In this document: positions 52,567-64,000 of the stretch, one piece after another | Position numbering within the stretch: position 1 is the first letter of the stretch | Layout of the letters: every line of letters starts with the position of its first letter | Origin: Rotaria sordida | Taxonomy: Eukaryota | Assembly: GCA_905250005.1 (NCBI GenBank) | Contig: CAJNOH010000087.1 | Coordinates: 208,393 to 272,392, forward strand | Direction: 5' to 3' | Length of the DNA: 64,000 nt | Notes under the pieces: model-generated | What the model was told of the DNA's origin: nothing | The model's database searches: none | What the model saw: the letters and a program-made list of their open reading frames with translations, nothing else | Program-made: the position numbers and the translations under genes

Positions 52567-53667
52567 ATGTCTTCGAAACAAATTAATATTTTCTTGACTG
52601 GTGTAACGGGTTATATTGGAGGCTCCATACTGACTGGCCTCCTTCACCATCCAAATGTTTCAAACTTCAAAATAACTGCTCTGATTCGTGGTGATGAAAG
52701 TAGAGTGAAAAAGATTGCATCGCTCGGTGTTACTACTCTCATTGGTACAAATGATTCACATGATATTATCGAGAAAGCAGCAAGTGAATCGCATGTCGTT
52801 ATTCATACGTCCAATTCGGCTGATGATATTCCGTCAACCAGATCGATTATTAGTGGTTTGAATAAACGAACTGAGACGACAGGAAAACCAGCTATTTATA
52901 TTCATACTAGTGGTACTGCTGTTATTTCTGAAGATGTTCGTGGTAAGAAAGGCTCGAATACAGTCTACAGCGATCTTGATCCTGACAAGATCAATAGTGT
53001 ATCCGACGAACAAGCACATCGAAATGTCGATCTCTTAATAATCAACGCAGCACAAGCCAATCCTCTATTGAAGAGTGTCATCGTTATTCCTCCAGCCATC
53101 CATGGCATTGGTACAGGTCTGTTTCATCGCTATTCTGAAACACTTGCAGCATTAATTCGCGCTGCCTTAAAACGTGACAAGGTAGAAATGATTGGGCCAG
53201 GTGAATCGAAGTGGAGCTACAGTCATATCGACGATTCAGTTGATGCTTACATTATTCTTCTTGATCAACTTCTTGCTGTCTATGGACCTAATGCCAAACC
53301 TGATGCGAAGCCCAGTTCATATCTAACTACAGGACGTGAAGGCTACTATTTCACTGAAAATGGACAAGTTTCAGGACAAGAAGTGTCCGAAAAAATTGGT
53401 GAAACTCTTTACAAGAAAGGTGTTCTCAAATCACCTGAAGTTACGAGCTTTCCCGACGATGAAATAGAAAGTGCTTTATTTGGTCCTTTCAGTTGGGTTT
53501 TGGGATGTCAGTCGAATTCCAAAGCCGAGAGATTGGCCAAATTAGGATGGAAACCTCATCGACCCAATATGCTCGACTGTGTTGAAGAACAAGTGGATGC
53601 TTTGCTCAATGATGCAAAGAATGGAGACTCTTGGAATAGGCGTCTTTTCGGACAAGATATCTCATAA
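52567..53667 (+). CDS. Single-exon NAD(P)-binding oxidoreductase of the NmrA-like or atypical SDR/epimerase family, 366 aa.
   Basis: The N-terminal Rossmann motif reads IFLTGVTGYIGGSIL. There is a 366-aa uninterrupted frame. The GC content is moderately higher than that of neighbouring genes. Confidence 0.55.
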   Translation: MSSKQINIFLTGVTGYIGGSILTGLLHHPNVSNFKITALIRGDESRVKKIASLGVTTLIGTNDSHDIIEKAASESHVVIHTSNSADDIPSTRSIISGLNKRTETTGKPAIYIHTSGTAVISEDVRGKKGSNTVYSDLDPDKINSVSDEQAHRNVDLLIINAAQANPLLKSVIVIPPAIHGIGTGLFHRYSETLAALIRAALKRDKVEMIGPGESKWSYSHIDDSVDAYIILLDQLLAVYGPNAKPDAKPSSYLTTGREGYYFTENGQVSGQEVSEKIGETLYKKGVLKSPEVTSFPDDEIESALFGPFSWVLGCQSNSKAERLAKLGWKPHRPNMLDCVEEQVDALLNDAKNGDSWNRRLFGQDIS

Positions 53668-55154
53668 ACTTTTTTTTGCTCATCTTCTATAGTTCATTTG
53701 TTTTTATTTTCATTTTGTCTACTTTTCTTATTCATATTTCAATAAAATCGTTAACATCAAATAAAAAAAATCAGTATTTAGTCATCCACATAAAGAAAAA
53801 AGGTCTCAATTTGCTAAAAAAAAATTTATCTTTCAAGTTCCAAGTATTCTTCAATTGAATTCAAGTATCAAATTGGACATATATGATATTTAGATTCAAA
53901 TACTAGTTTTATCCATGTGAAATGACCTACTCTACTCAATAGACAATGAGAACAAGAGGAAAAATTAAAAGCCGAACAAAAAAATCAGAAATTTCGTTTG
54001 TTACCTTATATTCGACTGCTGCAGCAACGATGCAAAGATAGTTGATGTATTTTCGACGTACAAGATCCTCCAATTTGGCTCCAAAACTGACTATTCGTGT
54101 AGGAATGGTGTGGATGTTAGTGCAACAACAAGCATTATATCAACACCTACTTCCCCACAACGGCACCCGCACCCTAGTTTTAACCTAGGAACTCCGATTT
54201 TTGATTATTTTTTCTGGCTCTTCACATCGACAAATGGTGAATGTAGTACTAGCTCTGTCTTTGATACATTTCCATGTATGACACCAATTCATACTCATCG
54301 GTGTAAGCCGAAACACTGATAAATTAAATTAAAATCGATTAAAATCAGATTTTTTTTGTCAGATTTTTTACATGGGTAATTAGAGTGAAAGCGTTGAATG
54401 CATTTACTGTCTGACGGCTCACTAACTGACGAAGAACAAGGGATGCAGAGAGTACTGCTTGGGTTGAAATTTTTGGGCGACTGATTCTTTTTTCTCTGTC
54501 ACTACTTATGTTGCTGGAAGATCATGCTTATTTATCTTTGCGTGTGTTTGAGATGAAAAAAATGAAAAGAATGGCTAACAGTTGATTGTGTCTAAAAGAA
54601 AATTTTTTTCGTTCTTCATTTCTTTCAATTTGAAGTATTTCATTTGTATAAAGTAAAATTGAATATGACATCGAAGTTTGATTTCTTAGATGACAGATGA
54701 AGGTGAGAATATACAATGTTGAATTGTGATAATTTTGACATGCGAAACCTTACTTCATATATTCGGATTGTATAGGATATTAGATGTGTAAAACATTTCT
54801 TGTTTTGAATAGCATGATTGCAAAATAAATAAGAGAAAATGGTCTGCATGTTGTAAGCTGCATAGCTTCCCTTCGTGAAAGAGAGTGGATGAAATTACTA
54901 CTTGTTTGCATGTATATGTTGTCCCGAAACCATATCAAATAACTGATTCATATGCAATAAGTTATTCTCGCGGTGAAAGCTTGCGTGTGTGCAAGATTCT
55001 ACGTAGATCGGTAAGTGTTTGTACAGAACAAAAGATCATTGTTGTGCCAACGAATAAGTGCAAATCAAGCGAAACAGTATTATGAACATATTCATATAAA
55101 CCGTCAAGAACATAACATATACAATGTACCTTAATTGAATTTCTCCATTTTATA

Positions 55155-55982
55155 TTTCTTACTGTAAACTATTATAGTTTGCTTTTTTTTTTGAATAATG
55201 GGCACACGACGAAAAAGTACAGACATCACTACATCGCATGATACATTAATCATAAATAACCAATAAAAATCAAACAATACAGTATATCAGAAAAAAATAG
55301 GATATTTTTTCCATTACAATATATATTTCATCCGGATTATATAAAAATAAAATACTTATTTAAATAGAGAGTTGATCACAATATACATCAGATTCATATA
55401 TAATGGCATATTTATGGTATGTACTGCTGATTTGCTATCTCGATAATGGATACAAAGTTGATGGGTGTAGTAACGGAAGATTTATTGTTGTGATTGGATA
55501 ATGATTTCGAACGACTTCCTTACGAAAATCCCAAATTGGATTGTCTAAAGAGAGAAGATAAATATAGGATAGAGAACAAATTTTATATTTGATTGAACCT
55601 CGATTCACAACGTAACAAAATATGTACCAATTTCAAGCTGGATTTTTCTTTCGGAATATCTCTATTAATGATATACCATTGCTATGTTTTGTATTAGGCA
55701 GATTGACAGATTTATAATAATGAACTTTTGAATATCTAAAAAATAATTGAACTTATGTCTGTCAATAAGTACAAAAACAAGAGAAAGATAAAAATCTGAT
55801 TTACTCTTACTGCAAATTGTAGTAAAAAAAAACCATCTTTTTTTCTGATATACTTTTTATTGTTTGATTTTTATTGATTATTTATCATTAATATATCATG
55901 CGATGCAGTGATGTCTATACTTTCTTCCTATATGCTCATTACCAGGAAAAAAAAGTAAACTATAATAGTCTACAGTAAGAAA
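55155..55982. mobile_element. Long-inverted-repeat MITE-like element of about 830 bp, flanked by TA.
   Basis: The left arm TTTCTTACTGTAAACTATTATAGTTTGC...AAAAAGTACAGACATCACTACATCGCATGATACATTAATCATAAATAACC (55155-55300) is the reverse complement of 55850-55982, which ends ..CTATAATAGTCTACAGTAAGAAA. TA lies at 55153-54 and 55983-84. Confidence 0.55.
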
Positions 55983-56656
55983 TACAAAATGAAGAAATTC
56001 AATTGAGGTACACTGTAAATAATGAATACTAATAATCTATAGAAATAAATTTGAAAAATATAGATCTGTGCAATATTTACCCAGTGACATAAGACGTGGC
56101 TAGTAACAAGGAACAGGACGAGAAGGTTTGAATATATACTAATCAAGCTCGACATCGTCTAGATACAGGTGCGAAGAAAACTTTTTGCTGATCACTAAAA
56201 CTTTACTCATACAATGATGTTTCTACTTATCTGAAGTTGAGTACAACCTCTAAACTAATCCTAAATACTGATCTAGTCATAGATAGAAGCAGACTATTCT
56301 TTGGAGTACAGCTGTTTTCATTAACTATAATGATACTTAGTCCGAAACGGTGTCAAAATGTAACACAACTTTACTTCTGTTATGTATGGGAACGAAATAT
56401 TATTTTCAGTTGTTTCTCGATCTATGTTACAGTTAGGTACCACAAAACTGTTCATTTTTACAACCAACTATAGTTGTGATTTGTCAATAAAATATGTGGT
56501 AGTTAGTCGGCTGTCTTCACTTCTGGATTCTTGTGATGAACCTATTCTTATTTTCTTTAGAAAGAATTTATATTCATGAATTGATAGAACTATATTTAAG
56601 TATAATATTCACACAATTTTGATGAATTAAATGTAACTTTAGGAAAGTCTATTCGA

Positions 56657-57514
56657 ATGTGGCGGTTAAAGTCAAAATACGTGTACAATTGTATCATCTG
56701 CGAGATTATTGTCGTTACTACCATATTTTCAAATTATTACTTCTGCAAGACTTCATCGATACTGCCAAGGCTGAAAAAACATGATCCAACACTCGTAGCG
56801 TATATTATTACAGTTCCTGGTTATGATCAACGAGTAGCAAGTGTTGTGGATCTTTTTAAAAAATACGCTCATATGAATCTTCGACGTTTCGAGGGCATTC
56901 GATTTTCTCATCAACTTCATGTAAAAAACAACTCTCTGACACTCGGAGAACAGAGTCTACGAGCGACAATGATAATGTTCTACAGCATGATGGTTCGTGA
57001 AAATCATGAAAAAGTATTCGTGTTTGAAGATGATGCGATTCCACATCGTAATTTCAAAGCACTGCTCAGGGAATTGCCTCATCGTTGTGTTGAAGCCGAT
57101 GTTCTATTATTAGGAGCCACTATATGGCATACAAAGCATACAGATTGGCCCAGTGGAGCGTGCTTCGATGCTAGCCGTGCAACATTTGGTGCATTTGCTC
57201 TCTTGCTTAAAAGAGTATCCTACCGTCCTATTCTTCAATGGTTACAAGCTAATACGTCGGAACCGTATGATCATGTTTATCGTCACTTACAACAAAAGAA
57301 ACTCTCTGTTCGAGTAGCATTTCCTCCTTTTCTAGTTATTCCAGATATTTCGCATCCATCTTTAATCAATAATAATCGAACTGCTATCCAATTCGATGTT
57401 ATCAAACGAGCTGAAGTGCATCTTTGGCACTTGAAAGATTATCCAATGGTTCAAATACCGACTCAGATTATGAAGACCAATGTATCGAAGAGGCCAGACT
57501 TTCCAGGAAGATAG
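56657..57514 (+). CDS. Single-exon type II membrane glycosyltransferase, GT25-like, 285 aa.
   Basis: An N-terminal hydrophobic anchor reads CIICEIIVVTTIF. The central region includes YIITVPGYDQRVASVVDLFKK..RRFEGI...VFVFEDDAIPHRNF, a DxD-like EDD motif typical of the Glyco_transf_25 family. The reading frame is uninterrupted. Confidence 0.5.
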   Translation: MWRLKSKYVYNCIICEIIVVTTIFSNYYFCKTSSILPRLKKHDPTLVAYIITVPGYDQRVASVVDLFKKYAHMNLRRFEGIRFSHQLHVKNNSLTLGEQSLRATMIMFYSMMVRENHEKVFVFEDDAIPHRNFKALLRELPHRCVEADVLLLGATIWHTKHTDWPSGACFDASRATFGAFALLLKRVSYRPILQWLQANTSEPYDHVYRHLQQKKLSVRVAFPPFLVIPDISHPSLINNNRTAIQFDVIKRAEVHLWHLKDYPMVQIPTQIMKTNVSKRPDFPGR

Positions 57515-59713
57515 TGAATACACACACGTAAGCTAATTTAAAAAGATAATCCACAATCAGCTGTACCATTCAGAAAGGATTCAAGAACAACATGCTATGG
57601 TCAGACTAATTAAATTATCAAATAAAGTCTTTTGTTTCCTTTCAATTGCACTTATGATTCTGATTTCTTCAATCTGATACTCAATGTAGTGTATACTGGT
57701 GGTCAGGATGTGGATCAGTCTAGATGGATGTACGAGAGGCAGGGTTGAATCCGAAAATGGTAAACGATCGGCTCGGTTCAATCCAGTAGAAAATTCCTTA
57801 CCAATCGCTAGACACAACTTTTCTCTATCGACTAGTATGAGTCTTTGGAGTTTTTTGCATGTTTTGTTCTTTAAATAGTACATAAGAGTGTCTTTTTCGT
57901 AAATGAAACGCTTTTAATGATGTCAAGGACTATTTCTATGAGAAAAAATGCAATAAACTATTCTATTCAGATAAAATTTATAATAACTTGCTTATCACAT
58001 TTTATCAATCTACTTTTATATCAAAACAATTGAATGATAGTTTAGTATTGAAGTTTATCATATATTTACTTATGTTTTTCCTAGTGCTTATGGATATATT
58101 TTGCACAGACACAAGAGATAGCAAAGCGAATAAAATCTGGGAAGTAAATTAAATATACAACTATGTTCGTGGAACTAATTTGAATTATGCATATTTTGAT
58201 ATAGGAACAAAAAAAAATTCATTTATGCAGTCGTTCGAATATGAATCCATTTTCTTTCAAAATAATTTGCATGAACTTTATCATTTGAACTATACGCGAT
58301 TTATCAATAATTTTTCATATAAATAAAAATGCTAGTGTGTGTTGATTGAATGAGGACTTGATATCATGATGGTTATCAAAGACACAACATTGAACACGAT
58401 ATGACTTATTGTTCTCATACCATTTTTAACAAAACCGCTGAAATCACATCTGATTTCGACTGGTTTTGTTAATTTTATTAGTGTCTTATTCGTTGTTATG
58501 TAATTCCTAAATATCATGAAGATCAATATAAACTGTGAAACTGTATATCATCATCATCATCATCTGTATTGATTATTTATTTGATTAATCTCAAATACAT
58601 GTTTATATTCAACTGTATTATCCTTTCTTTAGCATTTCTAGGTTGTACAATTCTCAAAAAAACTCCTTTACTTCTTATTTTTATGAAGATACTTTCATCA
58701 TTAGGATACTTGTTCATGAGTTCTTATTGTATTATTTCTGTATCGATGAAAGTACGAATAGCTTTATTCGAATGAAATCAACTAGAGAACTGTTGGAAAT
58801 TTTTTCCGCTTTGAAATGACTTGTGTGAACAATTCTTTTAAAGAAGAATTGAGCTCTCTCCAAAAGTTGTTGTTCTATTACCGGGAACAGTATTCTTCAA
58901 ACAGTTTCATTGTAAAAAGATGGTTACTAAATATTAGTTTTCCTCAAAAGAATTGCAAATATTTTGTTATTTGACCCCTCATTTTTATCTACTGATAGTC
59001 TACACGATAGAAATATATTTCTTTAATCGTTTAATGCTCATACATTCCTTATCTGTTTTTGTGTCAACTATATTTAAAAAATATAGTTAATGCTATACTT
59101 CCAATAGTAATAAAACTAGGCACTTTGATGCGACCACAGGTTGTTAGAAGGATGTTACATCTCTAGCAACCATTTAGAACTTGACGACACTATTTAAGAC
59201 TACTCCCATTGTGTTCTCAACATCGTTGCACGTAAATGTGTATAATAAAAAATACAATGTGTTCTAAGATGATCCTATGTGACTGAAGTATCATTTTTTG
59301 TCAAAAATTATATTTTTATCAGTTTATGATAACCACAGCTAAGTGAACAAATAAATTAATCCAATATAAAATCATAATGATAGTGACATGCAAAATGTTT
59401 TTGAATGTCATCATTGTAATGTTAGGTTTTTTTTTATTTCGTTCATCATGACGCAAGAGTTTCTTTTCTTTATCTTCACTCTTTATCAATTACTCTAGGA
59501 AATTTGCAGATTCCACTGCTTTTTTCTTCAAGAAAAAAAAAAACATATCAAATATCAGATTTTCATTTATTATAAGTCATAGAAGATAATAAACAAACTA
59601 TTTCTAATGTGAACTAGATTGTTAATGATTTAAAGATAGTTAGTTCATCAAGTATGATGAGAATTTACAACAATCATAGGATTAAATTAGAGATATTTTA
59701 TCAAACAATACTA

Positions 59714-62416
59714 CTACAGAATATTACATAAAGCAGATTCTTCTTTTAATCTTGATTGATTGACAAGTTTTTTCAAACCACTCAAAAATCGACTATATTC
59801 ATCGAGATGAAAAAGATCTTTTCCAATCTTATTTCTCAATCGATTATATTCTTCTTCAATACGTAATGGTGAATCAATAATTAATTGTCCATAAATAATA
59901 AGTTGAGATCCATCAATAAAATTCAATGCATTTAATAAATAATCAGATAAATGATTTTGTTGAAACCAATATTTTATGTCATTACGTGTCCATTGATCAG
60001 GTAATTTAGTTGATATTGTTTGGGCATCATTTAATGAAAGAATTGATGTAAATGATGATATTAAATTAGAAAATTGTTCTCTACTTACACAATGATCACG
60101 CATTCGATGTTCATATTCATCATATTGTGCATCATCATGTGATAATAACTTCATATATGTTAGTAAAGCTCGACCAGATGATAGTTGAAGAGTAGATGGT
60201 GGTAAATGAAGCCATTGTTGTACTTCTTCACAAGTCCATTGTTCGATTGGAGAAGTAGGTATAATGTCTGATACAGTAAGATTTGATTGTAATTGTATGT
60301 CAGAAATTTCTATAATTGGATTGGTGTTTACATGTAATGATGATGTTTCAATAGTTTGAATATTAGTAATTGTGTTTGAATCAATTTCTGATTTTGATTT
60401 AAGTTTTAAATGAGATCCATGTGAATAAGCAAGCTTGTTATTATTTTGTGGTACTTCATCTCGTACAGTAATTAAACCTAAAAGAGTTTCCATAACTTCT
60501 TCATCATTTTTCTCACCTCCAAAACGAACCCATGTTGCGGAACCAGCACGAATTTCAAACCAATCTTCTGGTATATAATCTTTTCCTATATAAACAGGTA
60601 CCATACGTTTGTTACGTTTATCAGCATGAACGACTTCCCTTCGACAGCTTTTTGAACCACAATAATTTTCTGTTACAATCATTACAATAACATTACATTG
60701 AGTTATTGCTTTAGCAATTTCTTCCCAATCATCTTCATATGGTGGTGATAATTTATTAAAATCTACCCAAATATCACCTTGATAATGTTCTTGAATTTTT
60801 GTAACAAGGTTTTTACAAAATTTGGCGTCTTTATGTGAATAAGAAATCATAACTTTTATTTGATTATCATCATCATCATCATGATTATGATTATCTTCAA
60901 TTGGTTGTATATCCATTTGTATACAATCAAGATTAAAAAGAATTCCTTTAGCTGCGCGTTTCATGTCTAATTCATATTCATCATTTGATTGATTTTTTGC
61001 TCTTTGTTCAACGAATGAAAGAAATTCATTATTTAATTTTAATTTAATAGAATATTCAGATAAAAAACTAATTGACCAAAATATTGTATAAAGTGATGAA
61101 CAAATAATTGTATTAAGTACTGTTGATTCACATATGTTATTAAATAAAAGAAATTTTTCAATAAATAATTCATATATATTGTCACGTGAAATAATATAAG
61201 TAAGCAATGCATCATTAACAACTAATTTAACTAGTCCCTCTAAATATTCACAAACATTATATGGACCACAGGTAAGATCAACAGAATCAAATGCTTTCAT
61301 TGTTTGTTCAAGAATATAATCAAGAATTGTTTGAATATTAGAGACACTTTCATTTTTTAATTCCTTCGGTTCCAATAATTTTGCATAAAGAAGATAATAA
61401 GCCATACGAATATCTTTATCGTCTTCGTTATAATCAATAACTGACGATTCGGATAAATATTGTTCTTTCCATTGCTTAATACTATCAATCATTTTTAATT
61501 CATTTAGTGCTTTTACACCAATGGGATGTCGAGCTAGATTATGTAATATATTAATAATGCAAGACCATGATTCAAGAGAAATATATTTTATATGATCTCG
61601 TTCAATTGATATCCATTGTAAAATAGCATTTGGATAACCAATTTGAACAAAATAGGGAACAAATCCATAGATATCTGTCATGTTAAGAATCCATTTAAAA
61701 ATTGATGTATAGACTTGAGATTGTTGATCATTATTTAAAAAATAATTATTTATATAAGTTATAAATGCTTGTAAAAGTCGTTCGGTTGAATTATTTAATT
61801 GAAAAAATGTTGGAATATTTTTATGTGAAACAAATATTGAATAAGAAATACCTCTTCTTGTATAAAGCGATCGTGCACCAATAGAAGCAAACAAATGAAG
61901 AAAATATTCATCCATATTTGATAGAATATGTTTTTTATTAATAAGATAATTAATTGTTGAATCATTAATTAAATAAGTAAGTGATAAATCAAAATAATAA
62001 TCACATAACACTGGATATATTGCCATATTTATATACATTTGAAAACGAATTGCATCGAATAGAGCTTCTAAGAGATTAGATGGAATTATTGAAGAATATC
62101 GTTTGATAAAATGAGAAAAGGAATTTATTTCAAAATAATTAAGAGTAGACATCCGTTTCTGATTTTCATCAATTGTTCTTATATCCCATTCATCATCGAT
62201 TTTTTGCAATTGATCACGAAGATTAATTAATGGATGAGACTCGATTTTCTTCAGCATATCATCGTGAAATAGAAGAGTTTCTAGTTGATGAATACAATTA
62301 AATATTGGATCGTTGTTAGTAGTCATACTGCTCGCACGAAAACAACAAATAATCAAGTGTACGTTTTTTGTCCTTCGTTTTTTTTTCTTTCTACAAATAT
62401 GAAAGGTATATTTCAT
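59714..62416 (-). CDS. SARM-like single-exon protein with an N-terminal alpha-helical (ARM/HEAT-like) region of about 500 aa, a TIR domain and two tandem SAM domains. The likely start is MTTNNDP near 62326.
   Basis: The TIR motif reads IKVMISYSHKDAKFCKNLVTKIQEHYQGDIWVDF..VIVMIVTENYCGSKSCRREVVHA..MVPVYI. SAM1 reads IEQWTCEEVQQWLHLPP..GRALLTYM. SAM2 reads DQWTRNDIKYWFQQNHLSDYLLNALNFIDGSQLI. The first 30 codons of the listed ORF (MKYTFHICRKKKKRRTK..) look like translated A-rich leader. Confidence 0.75.
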   Translation of the reverse strand: MKYTFHICRKKKKRRTKNVHLIICCFRASSMTTNNDPIFNCIHQLETLLFHDDMLKKIESHPLINLRDQLQKIDDEWDIRTIDENQKRMSTLNYFEINSFSHFIKRYSSIIPSNLLEALFDAIRFQMYINMAIYPVLCDYYFDLSLTYLINDSTINYLINKKHILSNMDEYFLHLFASIGARSLYTRRGISYSIFVSHKNIPTFFQLNNSTERLLQAFITYINNYFLNNDQQSQVYTSIFKWILNMTDIYGFVPYFVQIGYPNAILQWISIERDHIKYISLESWSCIINILHNLARHPIGVKALNELKMIDSIKQWKEQYLSESSVIDYNEDDKDIRMAYYLLYAKLLEPKELKNESVSNIQTILDYILEQTMKAFDSVDLTCGPYNVCEYLEGLVKLVVNDALLTYIISRDNIYELFIEKFLLFNNICESTVLNTIICSSLYTIFWSISFLSEYSIKLKLNNEFLSFVEQRAKNQSNDEYELDMKRAAKGILFNLDCIQMDIQPIEDNHNHDDDDDNQIKVMISYSHKDAKFCKNLVTKIQEHYQGDIWVDFNKLSPPYEDDWEEIAKAITQCNVIVMIVTENYCGSKSCRREVVHADKRNKRMVPVYIGKDYIPEDWFEIRAGSATWVRFGGEKNDEEVMETLLGLITVRDEVPQNNNKLAYSHGSHLKLKSKSEIDSNTITNIQTIETSSLHVNTNPIIEISDIQLQSNLTVSDIIPTSPIEQWTCEEVQQWLHLPPSTLQLSSGRALLTYMKLLSHDDAQYDEYEHRMRDHCVSREQFSNLISSFTSILSLNDAQTISTKLPDQWTRNDIKYWFQQNHLSDYLLNALNFIDGSQLIIYGQLIIDSPLRIEEEYNRLRNKIGKDLFHLDEYSRFLSGLKKLVNQSRLKEESALCNIL

Positions 62417-63306
62417 TTCAACGACAGCATGTAAAGATAATTAAACGATTTATGCGCCTGATAAAAATATCGTTTCTCCTTTTGCACTGAAGAGAATATT
62501 ATAGAATACGACACTCATTATTTATATTAACCCTTTCGGGACGGGTGGTACACCTTATATACCACAGCCTTTTTTTTTAAAAGAAACATGTTATGTATTG
62601 ACGATGGGAGGTAGTTGTGTACGCATTAGAATATGCTTATAGTAGTGATGTATATCTAATATGACTTGCATGATTATACCCTATTTTCCACCTTTTCTTC
62701 TCTACATCAACCTATCATGATGTACCTTCCCTGATTTATTTTCTCGCATACGCAGGTGCACGTGGTGTTGTTAGGTGGCATCGTCATTTATACATTATCC
62801 TTTTCTTTCTATGATCACCATGATGTCATCATATATGTGTATTTTTTTTTTTTTTTTTTATTATGCTCGTGAATGTAACACTCGGAAGTGCTTACATAAG
62901 AAAAAGAGAAATATATATGTATAAGCGAAAAGCAGCATCATTAAAGCAAAGCGTTACAATTTGTGCCAACAATATATTGTGCTGCGTACCAATTTTTGCT
63001 TATAGAGATATTTAGGGAGTAAATAAATGAAAACACGAATAAAAAAGTGTAAAAAGAAAGAGAGAGAGCGAGAAGTACTGATTATAAGCGGCAGCGGAGA
63101 TACGTGAGTATAGCGAACAGCTAGAAAAAAAACAAAAAAGAAGAACAAGCTAAAAGAAACGAACGAGAGAGAAAAAGAAAGAAGAAGAGAGAATGCGAAC
63201 AGAACCGAAAGTGAATAACTAAAAAGAAGAAGAGAAAAAGAGAGAAAAAAAAAGAGGAAGAAAATTGCGTAAAGACTACATTACATTTATGCGTCTTTCT
63301 GTGATG

Positions 63307-64000
63307 TTAATTCGTATCAACAAAGTACAACCACTTAAAAAGGAACGATTCGTGTCGATCTTTCAATTGTCGCACACGACGTGTGCGAAAAAATTGACCA
63401 AGGCGATCGTTTTTCCTTTTAAAAAAATTATCCCAACCAAATATATCTTCATAGAAGAATGAAGAACCAAGATCAGTTGTGAACATAGTTTTTAATCTTC
63501 GTTGAATATATTTTTTAACGTAAAATTGTAAGGGCTGTTCAGAAGTGACTTTAAACAGATTATTCGCAGAAATGAAGGGACAGCGATGCACCAACCGAAG
63601 TCCTACACGGAATTTTTGTTCCAATACATGCTGTAGAGATTCTGGGAGGAGAGGAAAAAGCGGGAATAGCCACGCGAAATGCGGAAAAGTGTACGCGAAG
63701 AAACATTGACGAAGAGCTTTACGTGACATTTTGCGACCGGACTTCATCCATTTCAGTTTTCCTAGCGATCTCTGAATAAATCCTATGGTTTTATCGACTG
63801 TCGGTTTCAACGAAAGTTTATCCGTCCAAGTAAACCCTAGGTATTTGAATTCTTTGACTAACTCGATTTTATTTCCGTCTATTGTTACGTTTACTATAGG
63901 TCTTTTAACTTGTGTATGAAATAGTTGTACTACAGTTTTTGAAACATTTAACGGCTGTTTCCACTTTTTTGAGTACATAAAAACCTGATTACAAACTCGT
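63307..64000 (-). mobile_element. Non-LTR (LINE-type) retrotransposon. Only the 3' part of the reverse-transcriptase ORF is present, truncated by the window edge.
   Basis: ORF 63307..63978 (and the open frame beyond it) reads ..IDGNKIELVKEFKYLGFTWTDKLSLKPTVDK...LRQCFFAYTFPHFAWLFP. This has the KYLGV..D..L.W..H and LY..LVRP.LEY layout of the C-terminal RT or thumb region in CR1/jockey-like LINEs. Confidence 0.55.

Overview
This is a eukaryotic, very AT-rich window with spliceosomal introns (GT..AG with polypyrimidine tracts). It contains degenerate TGTGGG-type repeats that resemble the bdelloid-rotifer telomeric repeat as I recall it, so it looks like an invertebrate, bdelloid-like, nuclear region. 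No database searches were possible; all gene calls come from reading conserved motifs in the supplied ORF track and from splice sites reconstructed by hand. Stated coordinates may be off by 1-2 nt.

Housekeeping genes: a major vault protein gene with 9 exons, a PP1-type Ser/Thr phosphatase gene with at least 8 exons, and a TGF-beta family ligand gene with 4 exons.

NAD-linked candidate immune genes: two tandemly duplicated three-exon genes encoding an N-terminal helical domain followed by TIR and SAM domains; one 900-aa single-exon protein with an N-terminal helical region, a TIR domain and two SAM domains, which is a SARM1-like domain set in a permuted order; and one three-exon gene fusing an ADP-ribosyltransferase-like domain to about 12 TPR repeats.

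Four single-exon metabolic genes have a bacterial or fungal flavour and are horizontal-transfer candidates: a 3-hydroxyacyl-CoA dehydrogenase, a short-chain dehydrogenase/reductase, an NmrA-like NAD(P)-binding protein and a GT25-type glycosyltransferase.

Other genes: a degraded epoxide-hydrolase pseudogene and a small Cys/His-rich protein gene.

Intergenic DNA is full of palindromic, foldback or MITE-like elements. The most striking is a 2.1-kb long-inverted-repeat element with TA target-site duplications and CAGT termini, inserted precisely inside a coding exon of the vault protein gene. There are also nested palindromic minisatellites, one carrying a telomere-like G-rich core, and a truncated non-LTR reverse-transcriptase fragment at the window end.
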